Below, piece by piece: positions 1-8,906 of a DNA stretch of 30,908 nt; position 1 is the stretch's first letter; every line of letters begins with the position of its first letter. Source of the stretch: Promethearchaeia archaeon. Its GTDB lineage: Archaea; Asgardarchaeota; Lokiarchaeia; Sigyniarchaeales; SOKP01. Below the pieces are notes generated by a model, which searched no databases, was not told the DNA's origin, and was given only the letters and a program-made list of their open reading frames with translations. The DNA lies in assembly GCA_029856045.1 (NCBI GenBank), contig JAHQWG010000029.1, forward strand, positions 1-30,908. The letters are read 5' to 3'. The position numbers and the translations under genes were made by a program.

Positions 1-116
1 GGGCGCATGAGTCGGCGTTTTTTTGGATCTAGACCCCACATTACATCTGCGATTTTTTCCAAATCATCCCACATACTCTCTTTACAGAAAGGATGCACAT
101 GCATATCTATAATCAA
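1..116 (-). CDS. Amidohydrolase-family protein, 5' part only (runs off the window edge)
   Basis: Manual translation from TTG at 116 gives (M)IIDMHVHPFCKESMWDDLEKIADVMWGLDPKKRRLMR. The N-terminal IIDxHxH is a metal-binding motif, and a GAGG SD-like sequence lies upstream. Not in the ORF track. Confidence 0.7.
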   Translation of the reverse strand, partial: MIIDMHVHPFCKESMWDDLEKIADVMWGLDPKKRRLMR

Positions 117-268
117 TTTATTAAACCTCTCTCAAGCGAAATATCTTTAAAATTAAATTTAAAATTAAACAAAGTGTTTTATTGCTGTTACCTAAATCTA
201 ATTTTATATTTAAATTTTCTCAGAAAAATCTGATAAATTATACATTCATGACAATTAATCGAAAGAAA

Positions 269-1393
269 TCAATAATATTTTAATATATTATAAACAGTAT
301 CTCTTTGAGCTGGGCGTTTTCCAGCGGATTTAATTATATTGATGATTTCCTCAGGTTTTAAATATTCACCATAGTGGGCTCCTGCGCTTCGAGAAATATT
401 TTCTTCCAATAACGTTCCAGAAAAATCATTTACTCCATAATTTAATGAGATTTGAGCAAACCTTGGTCCTAACTTAACCCACGAACATTGAATGTTATCA
501 ATATAATTATTAAAAAAGATTCTTGCAACGCAAAACAACTTCAAATCATCCATACCATAAGTTGGTTTTAATGGATATTTCCTAATTTTTGAAAGTATTG
601 GATTTTCTTTAATATATGGCAGAAGAACGAATTCTGTTATTCCTTCGGTCTTTTTTTGAATGTTTCTTATTATTTCTAAATGTATCATTCTATCTTCTAA
701 GCTTTCTATATGACCATACATTATTGTAGATGTTGTTGGAATTTCTAATTTATGTGCAGTAGAAATAATTTCAATCCATTGCTCTGTGGTTATTTTTTTA
801 GGGCATATAATTTTTCTTATTTCATCATTTAATATTTCTGCTGCAGTCCCTGGTATTGAGTCCAAGCCAGCTTTTTTTAATTCTTTCAGCGTATCTTCGA
901 GAGTTAAACCATTTAATTGTGTCATATAAAAAATTTCTTGTGGTGAAAAAGCATGTGCATGAATCTCAGGGGCGGTACTTTTTACCACTTTTAAAATATC
1001 TAAATAAAATTGAAAGTCAACTTTTGGATTTAACCCTCCTTGAATGCATACTTCTGTACACTTTTTATCTTTTGCTTCAAGAACTTTTTCTTTAATTTCT
1101 TCAAGTGATAATAGATAAGCTTCTTTATGATTTTTCGATACATTAAATGAACAGAATTTACAGCTACTAGTACATATATTTGTGAAATTAATGTTCCGGT
1201 TAATTACGAAAGTTACAATATTTTCTTTTTTCAGAGAACATAGATAATTTGCAACTAATTGTAGCGCTAAAAAATCATTTCCGGAACATTTTAATAACTC
1301 TAGTCCTTCATTTTTGGTTATTTGCTGGGAATTTAATGCTTTATCGAGAATCCTTTCAATTTTTGAATTACATAATTGTTTTAACTCTACCAT
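269..1393 (-). CDS. cofH: FO synthase subunit 2 (5-amino-6-(D-ribitylamino)uracil-L-tyrosine 4-hydroxyphenyl transferase), radical SAM
   Basis: NRNINFTNICTSSCKFCSF (CxxxCxxC), EVCIQGG, HAFSPQE, SIPGTAAEIL, TSTIMYGHIE, NIQCSWVKLG, EENISRSAGA; adjacent to cofG. Confidence 0.9.
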   Translation of the reverse strand: MVELKQLCNSKIERILDKALNSQQITKNEGLELLKCSGNDFLALQLVANYLCSLKKENIVTFVINRNINFTNICTSSCKFCSFNVSKNHKEAYLLSLEEIKEKVLEAKDKKCTEVCIQGGLNPKVDFQFYLDILKVVKSTAPEIHAHAFSPQEIFYMTQLNGLTLEDTLKELKKAGLDSIPGTAAEILNDEIRKIICPKKITTEQWIEIISTAHKLEIPTTSTIMYGHIESLEDRMIHLEIIRNIQKKTEGITEFVLLPYIKENPILSKIRKYPLKPTYGMDDLKLFCVARIFFNNYIDNIQCSWVKLGPRFAQISLNYGVNDFSGTLLEENISRSAGAHYGEYLKPEEIINIIKSAGKRPAQRDTVYNILKYY

Positions 1394-1407
1394 GATTAAA
1401 TTGATAA

Positions 1408-2514
1408 TTATGAGATATTATTACAATAAAACTCTATCACATTATTAATTTGTGAGGATATGAAATTTTTTTTTCTAATAAATTTATCATAGATTGGTAG
1501 TCTCTCTTTCAAATCGAACCCTTCAGCTTTACAAATCTTTTTTAAATGTTCAATTTTTGGCCATGGTTTATAAGGATTTATTTCGTCTCTTGTAAATGGA
1601 GAAATACCTCCAAAATCATCTATTCCAACTTTTAAAAATTGTTTTTCATAACCAGGAATTAAGTTTGGCGGAATCTGAATTTTTATCGAATTCTCTACAA
1701 TTATTTTGGCAATTCCAGTTGTCTTTATAATATCTTTTATACCAATTGGTGTTTTCGGATTATATCTTATATTCGGTTTTGAGACAAAATTTTGTATTAT
1801 TATTTCTTGGATATGTTCATATTCATCATTCAATTCCTTTATAAGAAATAAATCTTTTATCCGATCAATCATATTTTCCCCTATACCTAAAAGAAGACCC
1901 GTAGTAAAAGGTATTTTTAATTTCCCGGCATTTTTAATAAATTCAATCCTTTTATCTGGTTTTTTACCAGGACTTTCATTATGAACCTCACCTTTTTTAA
2001 ATAATCTAGGCTGGGAACTTTCAAGCATAAGTCCCATACTCGCATTATAATCTTTTATTTGTTCTAATTTATCATAACTAAGATATCCTACATTTGTGTG
2101 GGGTAAAAGTTTTTTAGATAATAATAATTTACAAATATATAACAGATAATCGAAAAATCCTTCAAAACCTCTCAATTTTAATCCTTTTTTAACTATTTGG
2201 AACTGATCTGGATGTTCTCCAGATATTATAAGAGCTTCCTTACAATCAAGTTGATGAGCTTTAGTCATTAGTTTTTTAATTTTTTTTAAATCAAATAGCA
2301 CAATAATTTCATTTTGAGCTTTCATCCTATGATTGAAGTAGCAATAAGAGCAATTATTTATGCAATAATTTGAGAGCGGGATAGTGAAATTTTTTGAAAA
2401 TGTTATAATCTTTCTTTCATTTTGTGGCAACTCATTTTTAATTTCCCTTACTTTTTGTATTATTTCTCTTAGAGTCAATTTTTCTAATTGATCTATTGTC
2501 TTTATTAAATTCAC
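1408..2514 (-). CDS. cofG: FO synthase subunit 1 (7,8-didemethyl-8-hydroxy-5-deazariboflavin synthase), radical SAM
   Basis: ITFSKNFTIPLSNYCINNCSYC, LPHTNVG, SMGLMLE, PFTTGLLLGIGE, QIPPNL, DDFGGISP, INP..PWP. Confidence 0.92.
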   Translation of the reverse strand: MNLIKTIDQLEKLTLREIIQKVREIKNELPQNERKIITFSKNFTIPLSNYCINNCSYCYFNHRMKAQNEIIVLFDLKKIKKLMTKAHQLDCKEALIISGEHPDQFQIVKKGLKLRGFEGFFDYLLYICKLLLSKKLLPHTNVGYLSYDKLEQIKDYNASMGLMLESSQPRLFKKGEVHNESPGKKPDKRIEFIKNAGKLKIPFTTGLLLGIGENMIDRIKDLFLIKELNDEYEHIQEIIIQNFVSKPNIRYNPKTPIGIKDIIKTTGIAKIIVENSIKIQIPPNLIPGYEKQFLKVGIDDFGGISPFTRDEINPYKPWPKIEHLKKICKAEGFDLKERLPIYDKFIRKKNFISSQINNVIEFYCNNIS

Positions 2515-2516
2515 AC

Positions 2517-3176
2517 CTATGCCTTAAAGTAATTAAGAATCACATAATTATCTCTTTTCAAAACGTTTTGCAGTTTAAATTTAAAGCCATCAATAATTCT
2601 CTCTGCTCCTCGTCCCTCAACGAGTGAAACAGCGTTTTTCCCACCAACTATTATAGGAGCAATGAAAATTCTAATCTCGTCAACTAAGCATTCTTTTATC
2701 ATACTCCAATTGAGAGCTCCTCCTCCTTCTAGTAAAATTTTTTTAATCCCATGCTGGTATAATTCTTCCATTAATTTTTTTAAATTAACTTGTTTTTCAG
2801 AACCAGTGTTAATAAATCTAATATTTTTCAGTTTTGCCTTTTCTATTTTTGGCCTTAAAGCATGATCTGTTATTGCGATTATTGTGGGATAAGTCTTTAG
2901 TTTATAAGTAAATACCTTTGAAGTTAATGGAATAGAAAAGGAACTGTCAACAATAACCCGAATCAATCTTGTTGGTTCGTAAAATTTTATGTGTAATTTG
3001 GGATCATCTTTTAAGATCGTATTTTTTCCAACCATTACCGCATCACATTCGGTCCTAAGTTTATGAATTAGTTTCCAATCCTCTTCATCAGAAAGTTCAT
3101 TATCACCAGTATATGTGGCAATTTTTCCATCAATACTCATAGCACAACTCAATAAAACATATGGTTTATTTTTCAA
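2517..3176 (-). CDS. arfC: 2,5-diamino-6-(ribosylamino)-4(3H)-pyrimidinone 5'-phosphate reductase (stand-alone RibD-C/Rib7 type)
   Basis: PYVLLSCAMSIDGKIAT, HKLR..CDAVMVGKNTILKDDP, LLEGGGALNWS, IAPIIVGG; no N-terminal deaminase domain. Confidence 0.9.
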   Translation of the reverse strand: MKNKPYVLLSCAMSIDGKIATYTGDNELSDEEDWKLIHKLRTECDAVMVGKNTILKDDPKLHIKFYEPTRLIRVIVDSSFSIPLTSKVFTYKLKTYPTIIAITDHALRPKIEKAKLKNIRFINTGSEKQVNLKKLMEELYQHGIKKILLEGGGALNWSMIKECLVDEIRIFIAPIIVGGKNAVSLVEGRGAERIIDGFKFKLQNVLKRDNYVILNYFKA

Positions 3177-4314
3177 AAACTACTCTCCCTTTAATATATA
3201 CTTTCTTAATATTAAAACTAGTCGTTCTATGAACACTTAAATCTATTAAATTTTTATGGTTTATTGAAAAAAAGTTTGAATCATCAAGATTTATTAAAAA
3301 AAAATCAGCATATTTTCCTACTGAAATTGATCCTATCTCCTTATCTAATCTAAAATTTTTTGCGGCGTTAATTGTTACCATTTTTAGTAAATCTCTCGAT
3401 TTTATGACATAACTAGGATTCCTTATTTTTGAAACTTTATATAAATATCTCATTTCTTCAAATAAATCTGGTCTAATCGCCATTAAATTATCAGTACCAA
3501 TAGAAATTTCTAATTTCATCTCTAACATTTCTTTTAATGGAGGTATTCCCATCCCAAAATAACCATTACTTTGAGGGCAAATAACAATTTTTTTATTATG
3601 TTTCTTTATTTTTAACAAGTCTTGTTTAGTAAAATGTGTCCCATGAACGAAAACATCAATAAAATCATCAGATAAAATGTTTTCGAGTATAATATTCTCC
3701 CTTTTAACCTCAGATATATGAGTTGCAATAATTTTATTAGTAGGTGAATTTTTATTTAGAATATTTTTGATGAAATCTCCATCAATTTTTGAACTTGATG
3801 GAAAACCAATACCATCTGCGAGGTTATAAATTTCAGATATATCATCATTTTCATGCTGTCGGCCTAGTATTTTGAATTTAATTGGGGAATCTTTTAATGC
3901 CTTTTTTAATAACTTAATGCCTTTAATTCCAAATTCTCGAAAATCAATAAATAATGTTATTCCATTAGATAACATTTCATTAACTGCTTCTCTAATACCT
4001 TTAATTATAAGATTTTCATCAACCTCTCTTAATAGTTTGTATTTTAGACTATCAGGACCACTTACAACATCATTAATTGGCTTATTTAAACCAAATTCTT
4101 TCCCAATACTGTCTGCAATATGTATATGACTGTTTATAAAACCAGGAAGTAAAATTGTCTTACCTTTACCTAAAGGGTTTCTATTATTGATCTTCTCTGA
4201 TTCATTTATTCCTTTTATTATGCCATTTCTTGATATTTCGATAATAACATTCTTTTTTAAATCTAAATCTTCACCTACTAAACAAAAATCAGAAAATATC
4301 TTTTTAATTACCAT
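3166..4314 (-). CDS. Metal-dependent amidohydrolase, nucleobase-deaminase type; substrate unknown
   Basis: PGFINSHIHIADS (HxH), THISE (HxxE), VHGTH, CPQSN, GTDN, TINAAK, GSISVGKYAD; overlaps the arfC start by 11 bp. Confidence 0.85.
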   Translation of the reverse strand: MVIKKIFSDFCLVGEDLDLKKNVIIEISRNGIIKGINESEKINNRNPLGKGKTILLPGFINSHIHIADSIGKEFGLNKPINDVVSGPDSLKYKLLREVDENLIIKGIREAVNEMLSNGITLFIDFREFGIKGIKLLKKALKDSPIKFKILGRQHENDDISEIYNLADGIGFPSSSKIDGDFIKNILNKNSPTNKIIATHISEVKRENIILENILSDDFIDVFVHGTHFTKQDLLKIKKHNKKIVICPQSNGYFGMGIPPLKEMLEMKLEISIGTDNLMAIRPDLFEEMRYLYKVSKIRNPSYVIKSRDLLKMVTINAAKNFRLDKEIGSISVGKYADFFLINLDDSNFFSINHKNLIDLSVHRTTSFNIKKVYIKGRVVFEK

Positions 4315-4339
4315 ATTTAATGTTATTAAATTATTTTTA

Positions 4340-4348
4340 ATTATAAAT
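4340..4348. promoter_or_regulatory. Candidate bidirectional TATA box between the divergent amidohydrolase and mptA genes
   Basis: ATTATAAAT reads TATA-like on both strands and lies about 26-34 nt from both start codons (4314 and 4374). The AT-rich background weakens the call. Confidence 0.35.
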
Positions 4349-4373
4349 ATTTAAAAGGAAAATAAAAAATTAA

Positions 4374-5339
4374 GTGATAATTATTTCTAATGAATTTCGA
4401 AAAGATTTACAAGATTCCTATTCTCCTTTAGACATAGCTATTGATAAAGTTGGCATAATTGGACTCAGAAAAAAAATAGACATAGTAAGAGGCAATTACA
4501 AATACTCATTCTACCCAAAAATATCAGCTTTAATTAGTCTCCCAGCAAAACAGAGAGGTATTCATATGAGTAGAACTTCTGAAACAATTGAAGAAGTAAT
4601 TAATGAAGTTATATTTAAGCCCACTCCAACTATAGAAGTAGTCGCTGATCGGATTATAAAAAAATTATTAAAAAAGCATAAATACACTTTAAAAGTTCAT
4701 GTGGAGCTTGAGGGCGATATTGTTATTCAAGTAAGAGAAACTGAGAAAAATAATGTCCAAAAATCTTATTATATAAAAACTGTAGCTAATGGAATAAAAC
4801 AAGATAATGGAGAAGTTAAATATAAATATTTCATTGGAGTTAGTGCAGTTGGTCTTACTGTATGCCCCTGTAGTATGGAGATGAGCAGAGAATTTGTAGA
4901 AGATTTTGTTAAAGCAAGAAAAGATATCAAGATTCCAGAGAATGATTTAAAAAATTTACTAAACATCCTTCCTGTTTCATCACACAATCAAAGAGCGAAA
5001 GGAACAATTACGGTTGAGATTGATGATGTAGATACTAACTCTATAGATATAATTGATTTGATAAATGTAATTGAAAACTCTATGAGTGGTAAGATAAGTT
5101 CTGTCTTGAAAAGACCTGAAGAAGCGGAATTGGTTCGAGTTGCTCATCTTAAACCATTATTTGCAGAAGATGCCGTAAGGGAAATGGCTAAAAATTTTAT
5201 TAAAAAGGATTTTCTAAATTTAAAGGATGAATTTCGAGTAAAATTTGAGATTACAAGTTTTGAAAGCATTCACAGCTATGATGTTTTCGCTGAACTGAAT
5301 ACAACAATAGGAGAATTAAAAAAAACATTGAAAATCTGA
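4374..5339 (+). CDS. mptA: GTP cyclohydrolase MptA (FolE2/GCH-IB family)
   Basis: DLQD, IDKVGI, QRGIHMSR, GLTVCPCS, SHNQRA, LKRPEE, PLFAEDAVR, FESIHSYD. Confidence 0.9.
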   Translation: MIIISNEFRKDLQDSYSPLDIAIDKVGIIGLRKKIDIVRGNYKYSFYPKISALISLPAKQRGIHMSRTSETIEEVINEVIFKPTPTIEVVADRIIKKLLKKHKYTLKVHVELEGDIVIQVRETEKNNVQKSYYIKTVANGIKQDNGEVKYKYFIGVSAVGLTVCPCSMEMSREFVEDFVKARKDIKIPENDLKNLLNILPVSSHNQRAKGTITVEIDDVDTNSIDIIDLINVIENSMSGKISSVLKRPEEAELVRVAHLKPLFAEDAVREMAKNFIKKDFLNLKDEFRVKFEITSFESIHSYDVFAELNTTIGELKKTLKI

Positions 5340-5380
5340 AAAATTAAGGTCATTATTAAAAAAATAAAAAAAATTAATAT

Positions 5381-6340
5381 TTATTTAAATTCATAAAAAT
5401 ATCTTCCATGCTTCTCTTTAAATGCTTCTGCGACTTCATCAATTTCGGGTTGGATGAACTCATACCCATCTTTTAACGCTTCATATGTAACAGGAATCTC
5501 TCCTAATACTTCACCGTCTACTTGACAAAGAAAAGCTTCATCTTCAGGATTTAACATCTCTATTCTAACTTTTTTACTCTCAAACTCATATATATCCGGC
5601 CTCGGAATGTGTGACGCTGAATACATTTTTTTGAAATTCCTTAATAGAACTAGTTTACTAAGATTACAAACATTGATATAGAATAGACCATCATCAACCC
5701 GAGCCTTCGCACACATATACATCCATCCACCATAGGATGGACCGTTTCCAACTGCAGCAAGGGTAGATTCACCCTCATATTTATCAGTATCCATTATAAC
5801 TTTGATTTCTCTGTTTTTCCAACGAATTAGTGTCTTTAACACAGCAATTACATAATTCTTTTTTTTACTTTCATTAGCTCGCCTTGCAGCTTCAGCATCA
5901 AATCCCTGACTTCCAATTCCTATGAAGTAGCGTTTAGCTCCCTCATCAGTAATTGCCAAACCGATATCGGACTTTCCAGTATGGCCTTCAGCAATTATTT
6001 CACATGCTCTTTTAATATCTGGTGGAATTCCTATTGCTCCAGGAATATCATTTCCACTTCCCATAGGAATAAATCCGCATAAGGATCCTGTATCAGAAGT
6101 AATGACACCGTTGAAGACTTCATTACATGTTCCATCACCGCCTGCACCTATAACGCGGTAGCCATCTTTTGCCAATTGTGTAGCCAATTCTATTGCGTGC
6201 TCAGCATATTCAGATTCAAATAATTTATATGAAACACCTAATTCATCGAGATATCGGCAAGCTTGATCAATATCTGCTTTTGCTTTTCCACCCGCGCTAA
6301 TTGGATTGTAAATTATTGCGTGGTCTGTCATTTTTATCAC
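5381..6340 (-). CDS. Soluble diacylglycerol/lipid kinase family protein (DgkB/YegS-like)
   Basis: IYNPISAGG, GAGGDGT.NEV.NG, IPMGSGND, GFDA, GNGPSYGG, QVDGE. Confidence 0.88.
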   Translation of the reverse strand: MIKMTDHAIIYNPISAGGKAKADIDQACRYLDELGVSYKLFESEYAEHAIELATQLAKDGYRVIGAGGDGTCNEVFNGVITSDTGSLCGFIPMGSGNDIPGAIGIPPDIKRACEIIAEGHTGKSDIGLAITDEGAKRYFIGIGSQGFDAEAARRANESKKKNYVIAVLKTLIRWKNREIKVIMDTDKYEGESTLAAVGNGPSYGGWMYMCAKARVDDGLFYINVCNLSKLVLLRNFKKMYSASHIPRPDIYEFESKKVRIEMLNPEDEAFLCQVDGEVLGEIPVTYEALKDGYEFIQPEIDEVAEAFKEKHGRYFYEFK

Positions 6341-6443
6341 TTTTTTTATTTATCAACAATAAAAAAAAATCTTAACAAATCATTTATTTATTAAATATGA
6401 GATTAAGCTATATAATAGTTTTATTCAAGTGAAGTAAATTAAT

Positions 6444-7493
6444 ATGACATCAATTGCTATTGAAGGGGATTTCATTGAAACCAAAAAAAAGGGTTTGATC
6501 TTTGATGTTAAAGGGTTGCTTCATCCTAAAGATAAAATTATTTGCTTTTTAAGATATTATCCCGATTCAAATGGAGATAGATTAAGAAATAATACAAGAT
6601 ATTCAAAAATATATGATTTAGAACAGAGATATGAGTTCCTGAGAAAAAATTTTCCTGATTTTGTTTTTTATTCTAATCAAATTGATATGGAATTGCAAGG
6701 AGTAAAAATGAAAGAAATTAAACAGATTTTTAAACCTAAAAATTGCTATAAGAACTTAAAAAAATCTGATAATTTAACGCAGAATCAACGAAAAGCTCTC
6801 GATTTTTGTGATATACTTATAAATAATACTCAAATAACAAGTGACGACATTGGTATCACTGGTTCCATTATGGTTGGGCTAGATGGGGAGAATTCCGACA
6901 TAGATGTGATTATATATGGAACTGATATCAGTAAAAAGATACAAGAAGAATTGAAAAAAATTTATTTAAATGAAAAGATTCCGGTTCGAAAATATAACTT
7001 AGAAGAATTCAAAAAACATTACGAATTTAGGGCGGGCAGTTCTGGCATTTCTTTTGAAAATTTTATGAGAAGCGAAAAGCATAAATTACACCAAGGTAAA
7101 TTTCAAGAAACTGATTTCTTTATTAGATACATTAAGAGTCCTCAAGATTGGCAGGGAAAATTTTCTGATTATATTTATAAAAATTATGGCAGAATAAAAC
7201 TCAAAGCTGAAATTTTGGATTCTTCTGATTCAATTTTTACACCTTGTTCCTATAAAATTGAGCCTTTAAGATTATTAGAATTGATACCTTTTTCGAAAGA
7301 AATTAAGTTAAATCAAATTCAAGAAATAAGTTCATTTAGAGGTCGGTTTTGTGAGCAAGCTATAGATCAAGAGAAGGTATATATAGAGGGAAAACTCGAG
7401 AAAGTATTATCTAAGAAGAAAAATGAATATTTTAGAATTATTTTGGGTGAATATAAGGAAGATAAAATGTTGTGTTGCAATAACACAAACTGA
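6444..7493 (+). CDS. Archaeal predicted nucleotidyltransferase (Pol-beta superfamily, COG1665-like)
   Basis: GITGSIMVG....SDIDVIIYG (GS plus DxD); N-terminal EGDF..IFDVKGLLHP..FLRY; C-terminal OB-like region with SSFRGRFCEQA..EGKLE. Confidence 0.75.
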   Translation: MTSIAIEGDFIETKKKGLIFDVKGLLHPKDKIICFLRYYPDSNGDRLRNNTRYSKIYDLEQRYEFLRKNFPDFVFYSNQIDMELQGVKMKEIKQIFKPKNCYKNLKKSDNLTQNQRKALDFCDILINNTQITSDDIGITGSIMVGLDGENSDIDVIIYGTDISKKIQEELKKIYLNEKIPVRKYNLEEFKKHYEFRAGSSGISFENFMRSEKHKLHQGKFQETDFFIRYIKSPQDWQGKFSDYIYKNYGRIKLKAEILDSSDSIFTPCSYKIEPLRLLELIPFSKEIKLNQIQEISSFRGRFCEQAIDQEKVYIEGKLEKVLSKKKNEYFRIILGEYKEDKMLCCNNTN

Positions 7494-7602
7494 TATTTTT
7501 TCAATTCTTTTTAAGATTTATATTTACTATTTCCAATATATAATAGGAAAAAAAGACTTTTTGAAAATATTTAAAACTATATAATTTCAAATTTACGGTT
7601 AA

Positions 7603-8673
7603 TTGAAGTATATTATGGCATTAAATTACTCCCCAGAATTTTATTTGTATCTCATAGGAGCCATATTTTGCTCAATAGGAACCATCATAATTGGATTGAA
7701 TATCCTTTCAAAAAAAAATAAGACCCACTTTTACTATTTTTTTTCAATATTAAGTATTTCCATTTTCTTCTTTTTTACAAGTTTCTCATTTCTCTTCTTA
7801 AATTTAGACCTTTATCGAGCGAGTTGTTTCGCAGGTACAATTAGTACTATCTTTTTATTTTTATTTATTGACTTTACATCTCGCGAATCAGTAAGTCCTA
7901 TTAATACTGCATTATTAAGTATATTGAGTGGGATGGTACTTATCTTAGTTTGGCAAGAGGATTCCATTACATACTATGAAGGATTCGGATATCCATCTAT
8001 TAAAACATCGGGAATATTTATGTTTGTTGCAAATTTTGTTTTATTGTTAAATGCGTTGTTCTATTTTTATTGGGCTTTAAGAATCTCTATAAAAGCACCC
8101 AAAATGTTAAGAAAATCATCATTAACCTTTTTTTGTGGGACGCTACTTCTACTAAGTGGTTATTTTATTTGGAGTGCTAAATATCTATTAACGGCTCCAA
8201 TCGGTATATTTTTTACTGGAATTGGCATGCTAATTTCTATATTTTCATGGGTAAAAGAACCAAAAATCCTTTATATATTACCATTTAAAGTCTATAGATT
8301 AATCGTTCTCCACGGGAAATCGGGTGTTCCATTGTTTAATTACAATTGGGTGGAAACTAAGGTGGATGAATCTATTTACTCAGGTCTGCTACATGCACTA
8401 AATAATGCAATAAAAATTCTAAAAAGGGGCGAAATAAAATATATTTTATTAACAGAAGGAGTTTTGATTCTTAAAAAATCCAAAAATGTTTTAGTTGGAT
8501 TAATTACTGATAAAACCTCAAAATTTTTAACTAATTGTATCAATAATTTCACAGATTCATTTGAGGAGAAATACAATTCAATTTTAAATAATTGGAACTG
8601 TCAGACTGATCAATTTAATTCTGCAAAGGACTTAATTGAAAAATCTTTTGCGAATGTTCCATCTCGGTTATAA
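7603..8673 (+). CDS. Seven-transmembrane protein with a C-terminal longin-like domain (start may be ATG 7615)
   Basis: Seven hydrophobic segments in aa ~11-218, then PFKVYRLIVLHGKSGVPLFNYNW...IYSGLLHALNN...GEIKYILLTEGVLIL..., a longin-like beta-beta-alpha-beta-beta-beta-alpha pattern. Confidence 0.7.
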   Translation: MKYIMALNYSPEFYLYLIGAIFCSIGTIIIGLNILSKKNKTHFYYFFSILSISIFFFFTSFSFLFLNLDLYRASCFAGTISTIFLFLFIDFTSRESVSPINTALLSILSGMVLILVWQEDSITYYEGFGYPSIKTSGIFMFVANFVLLLNALFYFYWALRISIKAPKMLRKSSLTFFCGTLLLLSGYFIWSAKYLLTAPIGIFFTGIGMLISIFSWVKEPKILYILPFKVYRLIVLHGKSGVPLFNYNWVETKVDESIYSGLLHALNNAIKILKRGEIKYILLTEGVLILKKSKNVLVGLITDKTSKFLTNCINNFTDSFEEKYNSILNNWNCQTDQFNSAKDLIEKSFANVPSRL

Positions 8674-8906
8674 TGTTTATTGTTTTTATAAAAGCTCAAG
8701 TGAAAACATCTTAGAAGACTAAAAAAAAGAAGAAATCAATAAGCGATAAAAAATATTTAAAAAAATAAACTAGGCATTTATCTCGTCAGCCAAAATGGCA
8801 TTTGTGAATACTCTACGCTTTAAATTATCCACTGCATTTATATTTTAACTTCAATTTATTCATGTAATTATCAAGGCGATAATAATACACAAATGTTTTA
8901 TGGAAA

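Noticed and set aside
6444-8673. Nucleotidyltransferase plus membrane protein as a CBASS-like defence system
   Set aside because: The NTase looks like the conserved archaeal COG1665 type rather than a CD-NTase, and the membrane protein has no SAVED, STING, patatin or other known effector domain.
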